Below, piece after piece: positions 36,796-46,957 of a stretch of DNA of 64,000 bases (position 1 is the stretch's first letter; every line of letters begins with the position of its first letter). The notes beneath the pieces were generated by a model. That model was not told the DNA's origin. It made no database searches and saw only the letters and a program-made list of their open reading frames with translations. The translations under genes and the position numbers were made by a program. This DNA comes from an uncultured delta proteobacterium (GTDB taxonomy: Bacteria > Desulfobacterota > WTBG01): NCBI GenBank assembly GCA_963793865.1, contig CAWCBP010000001.1, positions 384,001 to 448,000 on the forward strand. The letters run 5' to 3'.

Positions 36796-39555
36796 CTACT
36801 TTTTCAACAGTCTGTTTACGCTCATCTCCGACTGCATGACAGCCCCACCGCTTTCTCCCAGAAGATCTCCCGCCAGATCGCGCGCGTATCCCGGATAGCT
36901 CCCGGGATTTTTTGTCATCTCCAGAAGACAGGGTCCTGCCTCTTCCGCTTTGTCCCGCAATGATTCAAAGGCCGCAAAGCGAACCGAGTAATGATCATCG
37001 GCCAGCAGCGAGGCAAGGGTTTTGATCGCGGCGGCTTCCCTGCTGCCGCCGAGGGCGATGGCGCAAAATTTTCGCACCGCCGGCGTTTCATCCGCCGCAG
37101 CGGTGAGAAGTCTCTCCGCCGGAAGCCCGTGCTGTAACCTGCTGATGCCCCTCATGGCTGCTGTTCGTACCATCCCGTCACCGGACTGCAAACATGAGAG
37201 AAAGGTTTCGAGAGAGCCGTCATCCTTCAGATCGCCGAGCACCGAAAGGATGAATGACGCGAGACGAGGCTCACGCGCATGCTCTTTCACCGCTTCCCGC
37301 AGCACGGGTGCTGCGGACAGCCCCATCCCGGCGATGATTTCCCTGGCGGTAAAGGAAAGCTGAACATCGTTTATCCTGACGTACTCCAGCAGACGGGGCA
37401 GGATGGCCGGCCCGCGTGATGCCAGCTCCTTAACCGCCGCCTGTCGTACCTCTTCATAGTTAAGGTCAACCTCCAGTTCAGGCAGGGGCTCATAATCCTC
37501 GAACAGCGCCGTCGTGCCCGTCTCAGGAGCCTGCGGCTGAAGGCCGGAGCTGCTTATTCCCCGCCAGTCAGGCGGGTCAAGCAGGGCGGAGGCATCGATG
37601 CCGCCGCCATAGTATCCCTGCCGCCAGCGGTGATTGTTTTTCCCCGCTCCGCTGTACTCGTCCGTTCCCCCCAGATCAAGCGCCAATCCGATGCTGCCTT
37701 CCTTCTCTTCATCGCAGTACTGCCCGTTTCCCTGGCTGCAGAATGAACCGCTCCGGTAGGCATCGTCTCCCCGGCGGTCGACAAGTATTCCGGCGCCGGA
37801 TTTGCCGCCGGTTCCCTGGGCAAACCAGGTCGCGCTGTAGCGATCATCTCCGCCTGCGTCGGAGAGCAGCCCCTGGGCACGGTCGTAACCGCATCCCTGG
37901 GCTGCCCCCCACGCCTCATACACATCATTTCCCGAGCCGTCGAGCAGCGCGCCCGCGGCCCTGTGGGTTGCCGCTCCCTGGGAGTAGCGACGCGCCAGGT
38001 AGCTGTCGCTTCCCGCGCGGTCGATGAGCAGGCCCGTGCCCAGCCAGTAGCCCGCCCCCTGGGCGAAGTAGCTGCCGCTGTAATGATCATTGCCTTCACC
38101 GTTCCAGAGAATGCCCAAACCACCGGAGGCGTAATTCCTGTCCCCGAAACCGCACCCCTGCGCGAAGCTGACAAACGCGCCTTCCGGCTCCCTGGAATCG
38201 GGATAGGTGCCCCCGGAGAAAAAGGTGTCGTCTCCCCGCCAGTCGATTGCGAGGCCCAAGCCGCCGGTAAAAGCCGAGCCCTGGTTGTACAGGCTGCCGT
38301 GGCAGGAATCGTTTCCCTCCCGGTCGGATAAAATGCCGATGCCGAAGGCCGCCGCCCCCTGGGCCATGGTGTCGGCGCGATAGCGGTCATTGCCCGCCCG
38401 GTCGTCGAGAACCCCCACGCCGAAAAAACCGCACCCCTGGGAGAAGTCCGCCGCGAGATAGGTGTCATCTCCGGCGCAGTCAACCAGGAAGCTGCACCCG
38501 AAGGCGGCGCTTCCCTGGGTATATTTTTTAGTCGAGCGGTGGAGGTCATCCCCCGCCAGATCGATGATCACGCTTGCCGAAGCGTTAAACGGAGAGAGGG
38601 AAGGGGAGGAGTACACATTGTGATACTCGTCATCCCCTCCGAGATCGATGATCAGCAGGGGATTGATGGCGCTGTAGAAGCTTGGCCCCCTGCCGCCGAT
38701 GATTATGGTGCCCCAGGGTGTTTCCTCGCGGGCAATGATGTCGCCCTTGAGCTCGCCGCTTGCCGCCGGGATGCCCGTGCCGCTCATCCTTTGCAGGCGG
38801 CCGCCTGCCTCCAGGATGCGGTCAATGGCGCCGGCAAGGGAAATAACCGCGCGGTACAAGTCGGCAGTTCGCATGTTTGCCGCAAGAGCATGGGCCGTCT
38901 GCTTCGCACGGTGCTGATCGATTTTGAGCGGTGTGGGTTGCGGCGCACCTGACCTGGCGGCGCCTTCTTTGGCCGGCATCGCCTTGTCTTTCAGCAGCAT
39001 CTCGGAGAAATAATGCCTGAGAAACAGGATTTCTTGCTGTGAGAGTGTCCCAAAGGCCTGATTCATTTTCAGGCGGCAGGCAACAATGGCGGAGAGCAGC
39101 TCCATGATTGCCGGCTTTGCATCCGGCGAAATGCCCGAAAGCATGCTGCTGCAATCCATTTCCGCAATGGCCGGTTCTTCCGGGGATGCCGAGGTGAGAT
39201 CAATCTCCAGCTCGCTGACCGCCAGGGTCAGAAGCTGGGCCAGGCCGGTATGGCGATTTTCCAGCCGTCTTGAAAGGTGCCCGGCGTATGATTCAATGGT
39301 GAGGGGGTCTGCAAGGAAGCTCCGCGTTTTGTCCATGAAATACGGGTCCCTTACATGGGCCGGGGTTTCTATGGCAAGATCACTGACTGTCAGCCTCAGG
39401 TGGCTCAGCAGCATCTGCAGGGGATTTACATCCGCCCGCTGCTGCAACGGGCTGCCGACACCGGCGGCGTTGCGGTGTGAGCCGGCATGGTAGAGGCATC
39501 CCGAAAGCAGGGTGCATATAAGGAAGAGCATGGCTGCGATGCGGCTCTTATGCAT
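36796..39555 (-). CDS. Large lipoprotein with about 12 DxxG(D/N)DxY Gly-rich repeats and C-terminal HEAT repeats
   Basis: LLSGC lipobox after MHKSR; repeated DxxGDDxY..QG..G.G.L.D units; helical VRxAA repeats at the C-terminus. Confidence 0.8.
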   Translation of the reverse strand: MHKSRIAAMLFLICTLLSGCLYHAGSHRNAAGVGSPLQQRADVNPLQMLLSHLRLTVSDLAIETPAHVRDPYFMDKTRSFLADPLTIESYAGHLSRRLENRHTGLAQLLTLAVSELEIDLTSASPEEPAIAEMDCSSMLSGISPDAKPAIMELLSAIVACRLKMNQAFGTLSQQEILFLRHYFSEMLLKDKAMPAKEGAARSGAPQPTPLKIDQHRAKQTAHALAANMRTADLYRAVISLAGAIDRILEAGGRLQRMSGTGIPAASGELKGDIIAREETPWGTIIIGGRGPSFYSAINPLLIIDLGGDDEYHNVYSSPSLSPFNASASVIIDLAGDDLHRSTKKYTQGSAAFGCSFLVDCAGDDTYLAADFSQGCGFFGVGVLDDRAGNDRYRADTMAQGAAAFGIGILSDREGNDSCHGSLYNQGSAFTGGLGLAIDWRGDDTFFSGGTYPDSREPEGAFVSFAQGCGFGDRNYASGGLGILWNGEGNDHYSGSYFAQGAGYWLGTGLLIDRAGSDSYLARRYSQGAATHRAAGALLDGSGNDVYEAWGAAQGCGYDRAQGLLSDAGGDDRYSATWFAQGTGGKSGAGILVDRRGDDAYRSGSFCSQGNGQYCDEEKEGSIGLALDLGGTDEYSGAGKNNHRWRQGYYGGGIDASALLDPPDWRGISSSGLQPQAPETGTTALFEDYEPLPELEVDLNYEEVRQAAVKELASRGPAILPRLLEYVRINDVQLSFTAREIIAGMGLSAAPVLREAVKEHAREPRLASFILSVLGDLKDDGSLETFLSCLQSGDGMVRTAAMRGISRLQHGLPAERLLTAAADETPAVRKFCAIALGGSREAAAIKTLASLLADDHYSVRFAAFESLRDKAEEAGPCLLEMTKNPGSYPGYARDLAGDLLGESGGAVMQSEMSVNRLLKK

Positions 39556-39693
39556 GGAAAGCGCGATCCCGTTTCTTGATGATGTTCGATTGATCAGGCG
39601 GCACGGGCAGTGCGGTTCGCGGCCGTGATTTGCCGGGACAGTTTTTATTCTTCTCATCGGCTGCGCGGGCCGGAAAGTAAAGCCTAAACACAC

Positions 39694-39721
39694 TTGACAA
39701 TACAGGGTGATGGAATATGAT
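39694..39721 (+). promoter_or_regulatory. Candidate sigma-70 promoter for the SagB-type gene
   Basis: TTGACA-N16-TATGAT. Confidence 0.55.
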
Positions 39722-39786
39722 GGGAAACGCAAACAGTTCGTGGAATGGAAGGAAGGAGACAGAAGGCAGGGGGCAGAACAAAGAAG

Positions 39787-39885
39787 GAACGTCCAACATC
39801 GAACTTCCAACGTTCAACTTCCAACGCGAAAAATTGTGCCTTCTTTCAACGTTGGATGTTGGAAGTTGGATGTTCAGCGTTCGTT
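39787..39885. repeat. Heptamer array plus inverted array (long imperfect hairpin)
   Basis: AACGTCCAACATCGAACTTCCAACGTT versus AACGTTGGATGTTGGAAGTTGGATGTT. Confidence 0.82.
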
Positions 39886-39956
39886 TTTTCAAATTAGAAT
39901 GGAACACAACAGATGCTGCAGTAGTTACCAATGATATATAAGCTGGAGCCGCTTCT

Positions 39957-40745
39957 ATGAAAGAAGGTGTCGGGGACGCGTTTCAGAAGGAAACAAAATA
40001 CCGGCGGGGAAACCTTTCGGGAGGGGGTCTGGACTGGGATGCGAAGCCCGAGACATACAAGCGATACCCCGGGGCTGAGCTGGTTGACCTGCCGCAGCCC
40101 TCATGTGACAAGCCCGGCACGGTCTGGGACGCATTGCGGATGCGCAGAAGCGTGCGGGAATTCGCTGACGGGCCAATCTCCACCGCCCAGCTCTCACAGC
40201 TGCTGTGGGCAGCCCAGGGAATTACCGCCCGGCTCCAGGGTTACGGATTGAGGACCGCCCCTTCAGCGGGGGCGCTCTATCCCCTTGAGCTTTATGTTGC
40301 GGTGCACAATGTTTCAGCGATTGATCAGGGCATGTATCACTACGCGGTGGAAACGCACCAGCTGGAGAGGCTGGAAAAGGGCGACTTCCGCCTCAAGGTG
40401 GCGCGGGCGGCCCTTGATCAGGAAATGGCCTATTCTGCAAACGCGGTCTTTGTGTGGACAGCCGTCTTTGAGCGCTCCATGTGGAAATACAAGCAGCGGG
40501 CCTACCGCTACATTTACCTCGATGCGGGACACAGCGCGCAGAATCTTGCCCTGGCAGCGGTTGCCCTCGGACTGGGAAGCTGCCAGATCGGCGCTCTCTA
40601 CGATGACGAGGCCAACGGGATGCTGGGAGTTGACGGAATCAGCGAGAGTACGATATATATGACGGCAGTAGGGAGGGTCAGGATTGAGGATGCAGGGCAT
40701 GATGCAGGGAAAAACGTCTTCCGGAGATCCTCATCACATTTTTGA
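39957..40745 (+). CDS. SagB/ThcOx-type nitroreductase family flavoprotein
   Basis: RRSVREF, LLWAAQG, RTAPSAGALYPLE, YRYIYLDAGH..QN. Confidence 0.92.
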   Translation: MKEGVGDAFQKETKYRRGNLSGGGLDWDAKPETYKRYPGAELVDLPQPSCDKPGTVWDALRMRRSVREFADGPISTAQLSQLLWAAQGITARLQGYGLRTAPSAGALYPLELYVAVHNVSAIDQGMYHYAVETHQLERLEKGDFRLKVARAALDQEMAYSANAVFVWTAVFERSMWKYKQRAYRYIYLDAGHSAQNLALAAVALGLGSCQIGALYDDEANGMLGVDGISESTIYMTAVGRVRIEDAGHDAGKNVFRRSSSHF

Positions 40746-41070
40746 CCACGAAGCGCACAAAGAAAAAACACGAAGAACACGAAGATCCGAAATCCCAAAC
40801 AAATCCAAAATTCAAATGCCAAATGTTCCAAACGGAGGTAGTCGCAGTTGTTCAATCTGCGGAAATTTTACCATAGCAAGCTATAATAAACGCTGTATAG
40901 GCAAGACTCTCCGATTGCCCACAAAGATCGCAATTTCTACAGCTCGCGGCTGCAACTTCGAAATGACAATGCAGAGTTTTTCATTCTGGACTTGAGTCGC
41001 AGGACCAACTGTCGACCGCTTATAACTGACGCCCTGTACCCTGAACCCTGTACCCTAAACCCTTCACCCT
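40689..41070. repeat. Mosaic intergenic repeat element, copy 4
   Basis: GATGCAGG units, CACGAAG array from 40745, CCAAAT heptamers, CTTCGAAATGACAATGCAGAGTTT (shared with copies 1 and 2), ACCCTG(T/A) heptamers. Confidence 0.78.
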
Positions 41071-41079
41071 GGAGTTTAT

Positions 41080-41626
41080 ATGTCCCGAATCCGCATACCC
41101 AAAGCCCACCCGTTTGTTAAGAGCCTCTGCGCGAAGGCCGGGGTGAAGCTGAGAAACGCGATGACCGCTGATGAGTATGAGCAGGAAGTGGCGCAATTTT
41201 TAAAAGACCACGACATACTCTACCTGGCGACCTCGCGGGATGATGCTGCCCCGCTGTACCCCGCTCGGCTATTTTACCCGCGGGCTGACCGTTTATATCC
41301 TGTCGGAGGGCGGCGGCAAGTTTGCCAACCTCGCGCGCAATGGGAAGGCTGCCTACGGCATAGCATCCCGGGTCAACGGCGGAAGGGGGCTGATGCGGGT
41401 GCGGGGACTGCAGGTGTGGGGAAGGGCGGAAGTGGTTTCAATGAGGAAAAACCGGAAGCGCTTTGAAGAGATCCTGCAATTCACCGGCATCATGGAGTCG
41501 CTGGGCAAGCGGGGGATGAAGGGGCTGCCATCCTTCCACTACCGGTTTATCGTGGTCGAGCCGGAGAAGATCCGCTACCTCAACCTCGGAAAGGGAATTA
41601 ACAATATTTCCTGGGCAAGGCGCTAA
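41080..41626 (+). CDS. Pyridoxamine 5'-phosphate oxidase-like split beta-barrel protein, frameshifted near 41245
   Basis: LYLATSRDD joined to PRCTP..YILSEGGGKFANLARN, GLQVWG; paralogous to 52436..52978. Confidence 0.82.
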
Positions 41627-41675
41627 GGCTCAGCATAGCGCATTTGTTTCTGATGTGTCTGCTGCCCGGATAGCC

Positions 41676-41726
41676 GGAAGGAGCGGCTTTCAGCCGCGAA
41701 TTGTTCGCGCCTGAAGGCGCTCCTAC
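41676..41726. repeat. REP-like doublet
   Basis: GGAGCGGCTTTCAGCCGCGAA..TTCGCGCCTGAAGGCGCTCCTAC; the first unit matches 23071-23093. Confidence 0.75.
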
Positions 41727-41859
41727 CGAAATTTCAAATATGTTTGGCTGGTGTTTAGCGTTTTTGATTTATCACCTGCATCATGTATCATGCATCGTGC
41801 ATCCGGTTTTCATAACCCGCAACGTTATTGTGCCCCCAACCCGCTGAGGAGGAGTGTGC

Positions 41860-42507
41860 ATGGAGACGAATGAACCCGCAAACGAGCTGAATGATGCCGC
41901 GCGCCAGGTGCTGCTGGTTGAAAACACCTTTTACCAGGAGGTGACCATTACCGATGTAAACGGCGCATGCCCGTACGGGCACCGGCCGGGAGATCAGTTC
42001 AAAGTAACCGCAATGAATAGCGACGGGATATGCGGCTCGCTTCTCAAGTCCATCATGTTCCCGATAACCACCCTCCATTACGGCGGCGGAGTGCTCTGGG
42101 AAAATGACCCGGATGTTTCCAGAGGATGGTGCCCCGAAGGCGGCAGGGTTCAGGTGGAGATACGGCGGAGGAGACAAAAGGAACAGACGCTTTTAAAAAC
42201 CCCCTGCCGGTTCAAGAACATGACCGGGAAAGGGTATCACGCGCTCGACAAATATAAAGTATTTATCGAGATTCGTGATATTGCCATCAACTGCTACTGG
42301 GGGCATAAGGTTGGTGACGTGTTTGAGATTGATCCCTTCAATGTGGGAGGCGCCTGCTGCTTGCTGTACACGCAGCTCTATCCCTACATGCATGTTCTGC
42401 TCTCCGGCACGGCGCCGCCCTGGGCCTGGGATGAGCACACCATTATGGGTGAATGCCCCGATACCTACGACCGCCTTGCTTACCGCCTGTTTGTGCAGGA
42501 GCGTTAG
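41860..42507 (+). CDS. Tandem two-domain Cys-rich protein, TIGR04076-like
   Basis: Two similar halves: CPYGHRPGDQF..GIC..WCPEG and CYWGHKVGDVF..GAC..ECPD. Confidence 0.72.
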   Translation: METNEPANELNDAARQVLLVENTFYQEVTITDVNGACPYGHRPGDQFKVTAMNSDGICGSLLKSIMFPITTLHYGGGVLWENDPDVSRGWCPEGGRVQVEIRRRRQKEQTLLKTPCRFKNMTGKGYHALDKYKVFIEIRDIAINCYWGHKVGDVFEIDPFNVGGACCLLYTQLYPYMHVLLSGTAPPWAWDEHTIMGECPDTYDRLAYRLFVQER

Positions 42508-42635
42508 CAGGCCGTTGAAAAACACCCATCTGCTTCGTTACGCTCATCCATCGTCATTGCAGCGTACCGACAACAAGTACGCCTCATTCCTCAGGATTTC
42601 GCGTGCCTTGCATCTGGATGTTTTTGAACAGCCTG
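42508..42635. mobile_element. MITE-like element, copy 2
   Basis: TIRs CAGGCCGTTGAAAAAC / GTTTTTGAACAGCCTG; the interior matches 36664-36788. Confidence 0.8.
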
Positions 42636-42650
42636 AAAAATGGGTTTGGG

Positions 42651-43214
42651 CTATGGGGACTGTTCCCAGTCTTTTATGATGGATACTATTTCCTGAGCAT
42701 CAGAGGCTGAGGTAAGCGCCTGAGTCAGATGCCGGTTTTGCATTGCTTTGCTGGCAAGGGACAAGACCTGTACCTGTTCATGAGGCTGTTTGCGCGGCGC
42801 GATAATCAGAAAGACACATGCGATGGGCTTGTCAGTCGAGACATCAACCACCCCCTGGCGGGTCAAACCGAGCGCAACCAGGGGAGCCGCAAGACCATCG
42901 ATGCGCGCGTGGGGAAAGGCAACCCCTTCGTTGAAGAACGTAGAGCTTTCCTTTTCCCGTTGCCATACGGCAGCATAGATGATGCTGTGATCAAGCTCTT
43001 TGCAATCCCGACCCATTGTATCGACCAGCGTTCTGATAACCTCTTCCTTAAAAGCCGGTTCCTGCCAGATAACAACTCTGCCGGCGGACATGTAGTCACT
43101 CAGCGCGGGTTGCCGGGCAGCCTGCGCCTGTTGCCCCGTGCTGTCAGGGCTGCTTTCAGCCGCCACAGGCTGCCCCGGCTGATTCCCGCCTGTCCGTCTG
43201 CGTATCCGGAACAA
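42651..43214 (-). CDS. PTS EIIA (Ntr/Fru-type) domain, probably the C-terminus of the KdpD-like protein
   Basis: REKESST..GVAFPHAR with the phospho-acceptor His; overlaps the end of ORF 43156..44340 and has no convincing start of its own. Confidence 0.8.
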   Translation of the reverse strand: MFRIRRRTGGNQPGQPVAAESSPDSTGQQAQAARQPALSDYMSAGRVVIWQEPAFKEEVIRTLVDTMGRDCKELDHSIIYAAVWQREKESSTFFNEGVAFPHARIDGLAAPLVALGLTRQGVVDVSTDKPIACVFLIIAPRKQPHEQVQVLSLASKAMQNRHLTQALTSASDAQEIVSIIKDWEQSP

Positions 43215-44340
43215 CTATGGTTATGCCATGGGCATTCTGGATGAGCTGTTCGACGATGCTCTTCCTCCCCAGGAGCCTTCGCCACAATGACGGCGGGGAG
43301 GAAGTGCCGATGACAATGTGACCCACACGATATTCACGGGCAAAGCGAAGAATGGTGTCGGCAATGTTGTCACCTTTATAGGTAAAGACGATGGCCCCGA
43401 GCTGCTTGGCAAGGGTCAGGGTGCCCGATAAAACACGCTGTGTCTGGGCGTCGATGATGGTCGGCTCTTCGGAAGAGGTCTGAACGTACACCGCATACCA
43501 GTTCCGGTTGAGCCTGCCCGCCAATCGTGAACCGTAGCGAAGCAGCATCTCGCTATTGGGACCCTTGGAACTGAGGCAAACCATAATCTGGTCGGGGGTG
43601 GAGATGCTTTCCTCTTCCAGCGGTTCACGCCTTCGCAAATCAATCTGCGCAGCCAGCTCGCGCAAGGTCAGCTCCCGCAGCTGCTCTAAATTTGAAGGGA
43701 TAAAAAAATTGCTGAGAGCGGTTTGAATGCGCTCCCGCGGATATATTTTCCCCTCTTCCAGGCGCTTGCGCAGGTCTTCGGTGGTTACATCCACGTTGAC
43801 GATCTGGTCTGCGTCGGCAAGCACCGTGTCGGGCATGCGTTCGCGCACTTTTACATGAACAGCCTTTTCAACCGTGTCGTACAGGCTCTCCAGGTGCTGC
43901 ACGTTAACGGTGGTGATGACATGAATGCCCGCCGCCAGAATATCCTGGACGTCCTGATAGCGCTTGGGATTGCGACTGCCCGGGGCGTTGGTGTGGGCTA
44001 TTTCATCGATCAGCGCCACCTGGGGCTTGCGGGCTATGAGCGCGTCGGCATCCATCTCCTCAAGCATAATGCCGCGGTACTCCTGACGAAACCGCGGGAC
44101 GACTTCCAGCCCCTCGGTGAGTTGCGCCGTTTCGGCGCGGCCGTGGGTTTCCACCAGCCCGATTACCACGTCGATGCCCTCATCCCTGAGGCGCCGGCCC
44201 TCCAGGAGCATTTGATAGGTTTTCCCCACCCCGGCACAGTACCCGAGGTAGACCTTGAGCCTTCCGCGCTGCGTGCGGCGGATCATCCTTAAGAATGAAC
44301 TGGTTCTATCTTCTGTCATTGATAACCTATCTGACATCAT
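43156..44340 (-). CDS. kdpD: KdpD N-terminal sensor domain plus USP domain (no TM or kinase domain)
   Basis: GRLKVYLGYCAGVGKTYQML, VETHGR, DEIAHTN, NVQHLESL, LRELTLR; USP-like second half. Confidence 0.9.
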   Translation of the reverse strand: MMSDRLSMTEDRTSSFLRMIRRTQRGRLKVYLGYCAGVGKTYQMLLEGRRLRDEGIDVVIGLVETHGRAETAQLTEGLEVVPRFRQEYRGIMLEEMDADALIARKPQVALIDEIAHTNAPGSRNPKRYQDVQDILAAGIHVITTVNVQHLESLYDTVEKAVHVKVRERMPDTVLADADQIVNVDVTTEDLRKRLEEGKIYPRERIQTALSNFFIPSNLEQLRELTLRELAAQIDLRRREPLEEESISTPDQIMVCLSSKGPNSEMLLRYGSRLAGRLNRNWYAVYVQTSSEEPTIIDAQTQRVLSGTLTLAKQLGAIVFTYKGDNIADTILRFAREYRVGHIVIGTSSPPSLWRRLLGRKSIVEQLIQNAHGITIVVPDTQTDRRESAGAACGG

Positions 44341-44908
44341 CCAACGAGAGATTCAAACTGAGCACATTTACCCGGGGCTCACCTAAGACCCATACATCAC
44401 GCCCTTCAGTATGAGCTTTTACGCAGTCAAGCACAATCTTTTCATTCATGCCGCGTGCCCTGGCAACGCGGGGTGCCTGTAATATGGCATTTTTGACCGT
44501 GATGTGCGGATCAAGTCCACTGCCTGATGAGGTAACGGCATCAGCAGGTACTAAGACATCAAACGCAAGCCCGTTTTCGGCGCGGTAGTCGACTACGCGT
44601 TTCTTTACCGTCTCCAGTAATTTTTTTGAAAGGGGACCTAAATTACTGCCGCCGGAATTGGCAGCATCATAGCCCCGCCCTGCAGCGGAAGGTCGGGGAT
44701 GGAAATATTTTGCATCTTCAACCGGTTGGGCGAGCATGCTTGAACCGATTACTATTCCCTTTCTGGTGACCAGGGAACCATTGGCCTCATGCGGGAAAAA
44801 TAACTGGGCCAGAATCCATACGAGCAGAGGATACAAACCGCATAAAAGTATGCTTAAAGCCAGTGTACCTATCAATGCAATTCGCAGTTCCGCAATGAGT
44901 GCTTTCAT
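44327..44908 (-). CDS. kdpC: K+-transporting ATPase subunit C
   Basis: ANGSL, YFHPRPSA, SGGSNLGP, SGSGLDPHI, GEPRVNVL. Confidence 0.96.
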   Translation of the reverse strand: MKALIAELRIALIGTLALSILLCGLYPLLVWILAQLFFPHEANGSLVTRKGIVIGSSMLAQPVEDAKYFHPRPSAAGRGYDAANSGGSNLGPLSKKLLETVKKRVVDYRAENGLAFDVLVPADAVTSSGSGLDPHITVKNAILQAPRVARARGMNEKIVLDCVKAHTEGRDVWVLGEPRVNVLSLNLSLDDVR

Positions 44909-44922
44909 TTCAGTAATCCCTG

Positions 44923-46944
44923 CTACACAAGGTGAAAAGCATTTACCAGCATATCAATAACCTTTATACCAAGAAAGGGAGTTACCAGCCCTCCCATGCC
45001 ATAGATGAGAAGATTTCGTCGCAAAAGAGCTGCCGCACCGAGTGGTCGGAAATGGACACCGCGTAAAGCCAGGGGTATCAGAGCAATGATGATGAGGGCA
45101 TTAAAAATGACAGAGCTCAGGATCGCACTATGCGGAGAATGAAGCCCCATAATGTTTAATGGCTGGGTAACCGGAAAAAGAGCAATCAGCAGTGCCGGTA
45201 TGATGGCAAAATATTTTGCCACATCATTGGCAATGCTGAAGGTCGTCAGTGCGCCGCGGGTGATGAGCATCTGTTTCCCGATCTCCACAACTTCAAGCAG
45301 CTTGGTGGGATTGGAGTCAAGATCGACCATATTGCCCGCCTCTTTGGCCGCCTGGGTGCCGGTATTCATGGCCACCCCCACGTCGGCCTGGGCAAGGGCC
45401 GGCGCATCATTGGTGCCGTCCCCCGTCATGGCCACAAGATGACCGGCGGCCTGCTCCCTGCGTATCAGAGCCAGCTTGTCCTCCGGCCTGGCTTCGGCAA
45501 TGAAATCATCAACGCCCGCTTCATGGGCAATGGCAGCAGCAGTCAGACGGTTGTCCCCGGTGATCATAACGGTTTTAATGCCCATGGCACGGAATCGGTC
45601 AAAACGATCCTTTAGTCCGCCCTTCACAATATCTTTCAGATGGATCACTCCAAGCACGCGTGCGGTATCGGCAACAACCAAGGGCGTACCCCCCGAGCGG
45701 GCAATGCCATCCACTGTTTCCCGAACCTCTTCCGGGAAATCGGTTCCGACAAATTTACAGATCACATCAGCTGCCCCTTTCCTGATCTGCCTGCCGTCAA
45801 TATCAACTCCGCTCATGCGGGTTTGGGCAGAAAAGGCAGTGAATCTGGCATTGGGCATCTCGGCGATGGTTCGCCCCCGCAATCCATATTGCTTGGCCAG
45901 GACAACGATACTCCTTCCTTCAGGGGTTTCATCAGCAAGCGAAGCCAATTGCGCCGCGTCCGCCAATTCCTGAGCCCCTACCCCGGCTGCGGGGATGAAT
46001 TCAGTTGCCTGTCGCTCGCCCAGGGTGATGGTACCTGTTTTATCAAGGAGCAGCACATCAACATCCCCTGCCGCTTCAACCGCCCTGCCGCTCATTGCCA
46101 ATACGTTCTTCTGCACCAGCCGGTCAATGCCCGCAATCCCGATGGCGCTTAAGAGGCCGCCGATGGTGGTCGGTATAAGACACACCAGCAAAGCAACCAG
46201 CACGGTGATGGAAAACGATGTTCCTGAGTATAGACCAAAAGACTTCAGGGTCATGATGACGACCAGAAAAATGATCGTCAGCGCTGAGAGCAGGATGGTA
46301 AGGGCGATTTCATTCGGGGTTTTTTGCCGTTGAGCCCCCTCGACGAGAGCTATCATCCGGTCGAAAAAGCTTTCACCGGGATTTGCAGTAACCCGCACTT
46401 TTATCTGGTCAGACAACACCCGCGTACCTCCCGTCACCGCACTGCGGTCTCCACCGGCTTCACGAATGACCGGTGCGGATTCGCCGGTTATGGCTGATTC
46501 ATCAACGGTTGCAATCCCTTTTATAATTTCTCCATCAGCCGGTATAATGTCCCCGGCGGAGATGATTACCAGATCATGCTTGCGCAGCTGTTCTGCGGGG
46601 ACGTTTTCCATGACCCCTTCAGTGACACAACGATGTGCTACAGTATGAGTGCGGGTTCTGCGCAGGGAATTAGCCTGCGCTTTTCCCCTGCCTTCGGCCA
46701 GTGCTTCGGCAAAATTGGCAAATAAAACCGTAAACCACAGCCAGAGTGCAATCTGCAGCGTGAAACTGAATGGCTCGTCCTGGGTGATGAAAAAAGCGAA
46801 GAAGGTGGTTATGGCTGCTCCTGTTTCAGTGACAAACATCACCGGATTTTTCATCAGTGAACGAGGGTTGAATTTTTTTAATGAATCAACCACGGACTGC
46901 GCAATGATGGTACGTTCAAAAAGAGTATGCTTCCTTGGAGCCAT
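44923..46944 (-). CDS. kdpB: K+-transporting P-type ATPase subunit B
   Basis: [35 protein letters not shown]. Confidence 0.98.
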   Translation of the reverse strand: MAPRKHTLFERTIIAQSVVDSLKKFNPRSLMKNPVMFVTETGAAITTFFAFFITQDEPFSFTLQIALWLWFTVLFANFAEALAEGRGKAQANSLRRTRTHTVAHRCVTEGVMENVPAEQLRKHDLVIISAGDIIPADGEIIKGIATVDESAITGESAPVIREAGGDRSAVTGGTRVLSDQIKVRVTANPGESFFDRMIALVEGAQRQKTPNEIALTILLSALTIIFLVVIMTLKSFGLYSGTSFSITVLVALLVCLIPTTIGGLLSAIGIAGIDRLVQKNVLAMSGRAVEAAGDVDVLLLDKTGTITLGERQATEFIPAAGVGAQELADAAQLASLADETPEGRSIVVLAKQYGLRGRTIAEMPNARFTAFSAQTRMSGVDIDGRQIRKGAADVICKFVGTDFPEEVRETVDGIARSGGTPLVVADTARVLGVIHLKDIVKGGLKDRFDRFRAMGIKTVMITGDNRLTAAAIAHEAGVDDFIAEARPEDKLALIRREQAAGHLVAMTGDGTNDAPALAQADVGVAMNTGTQAAKEAGNMVDLDSNPTKLLEVVEIGKQMLITRGALTTFSIANDVAKYFAIIPALLIALFPVTQPLNIMGLHSPHSAILSSVIFNALIIIALIPLALRGVHFRPLGAAALLRRNLLIYGMGGLVTPFLGIKVIDMLVNAFHLV

Positions 46945-46957
46945 TGATCCGTCTCCT

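Noticed and set aside
39957..40745. RiPP (azole) biosynthetic cluster around the SagB-type gene
   Set aside because: No YcaO, E1-like protein, transporter or Cys/Ser/Thr-rich precursor nearby; stand-alone members of this family are common.
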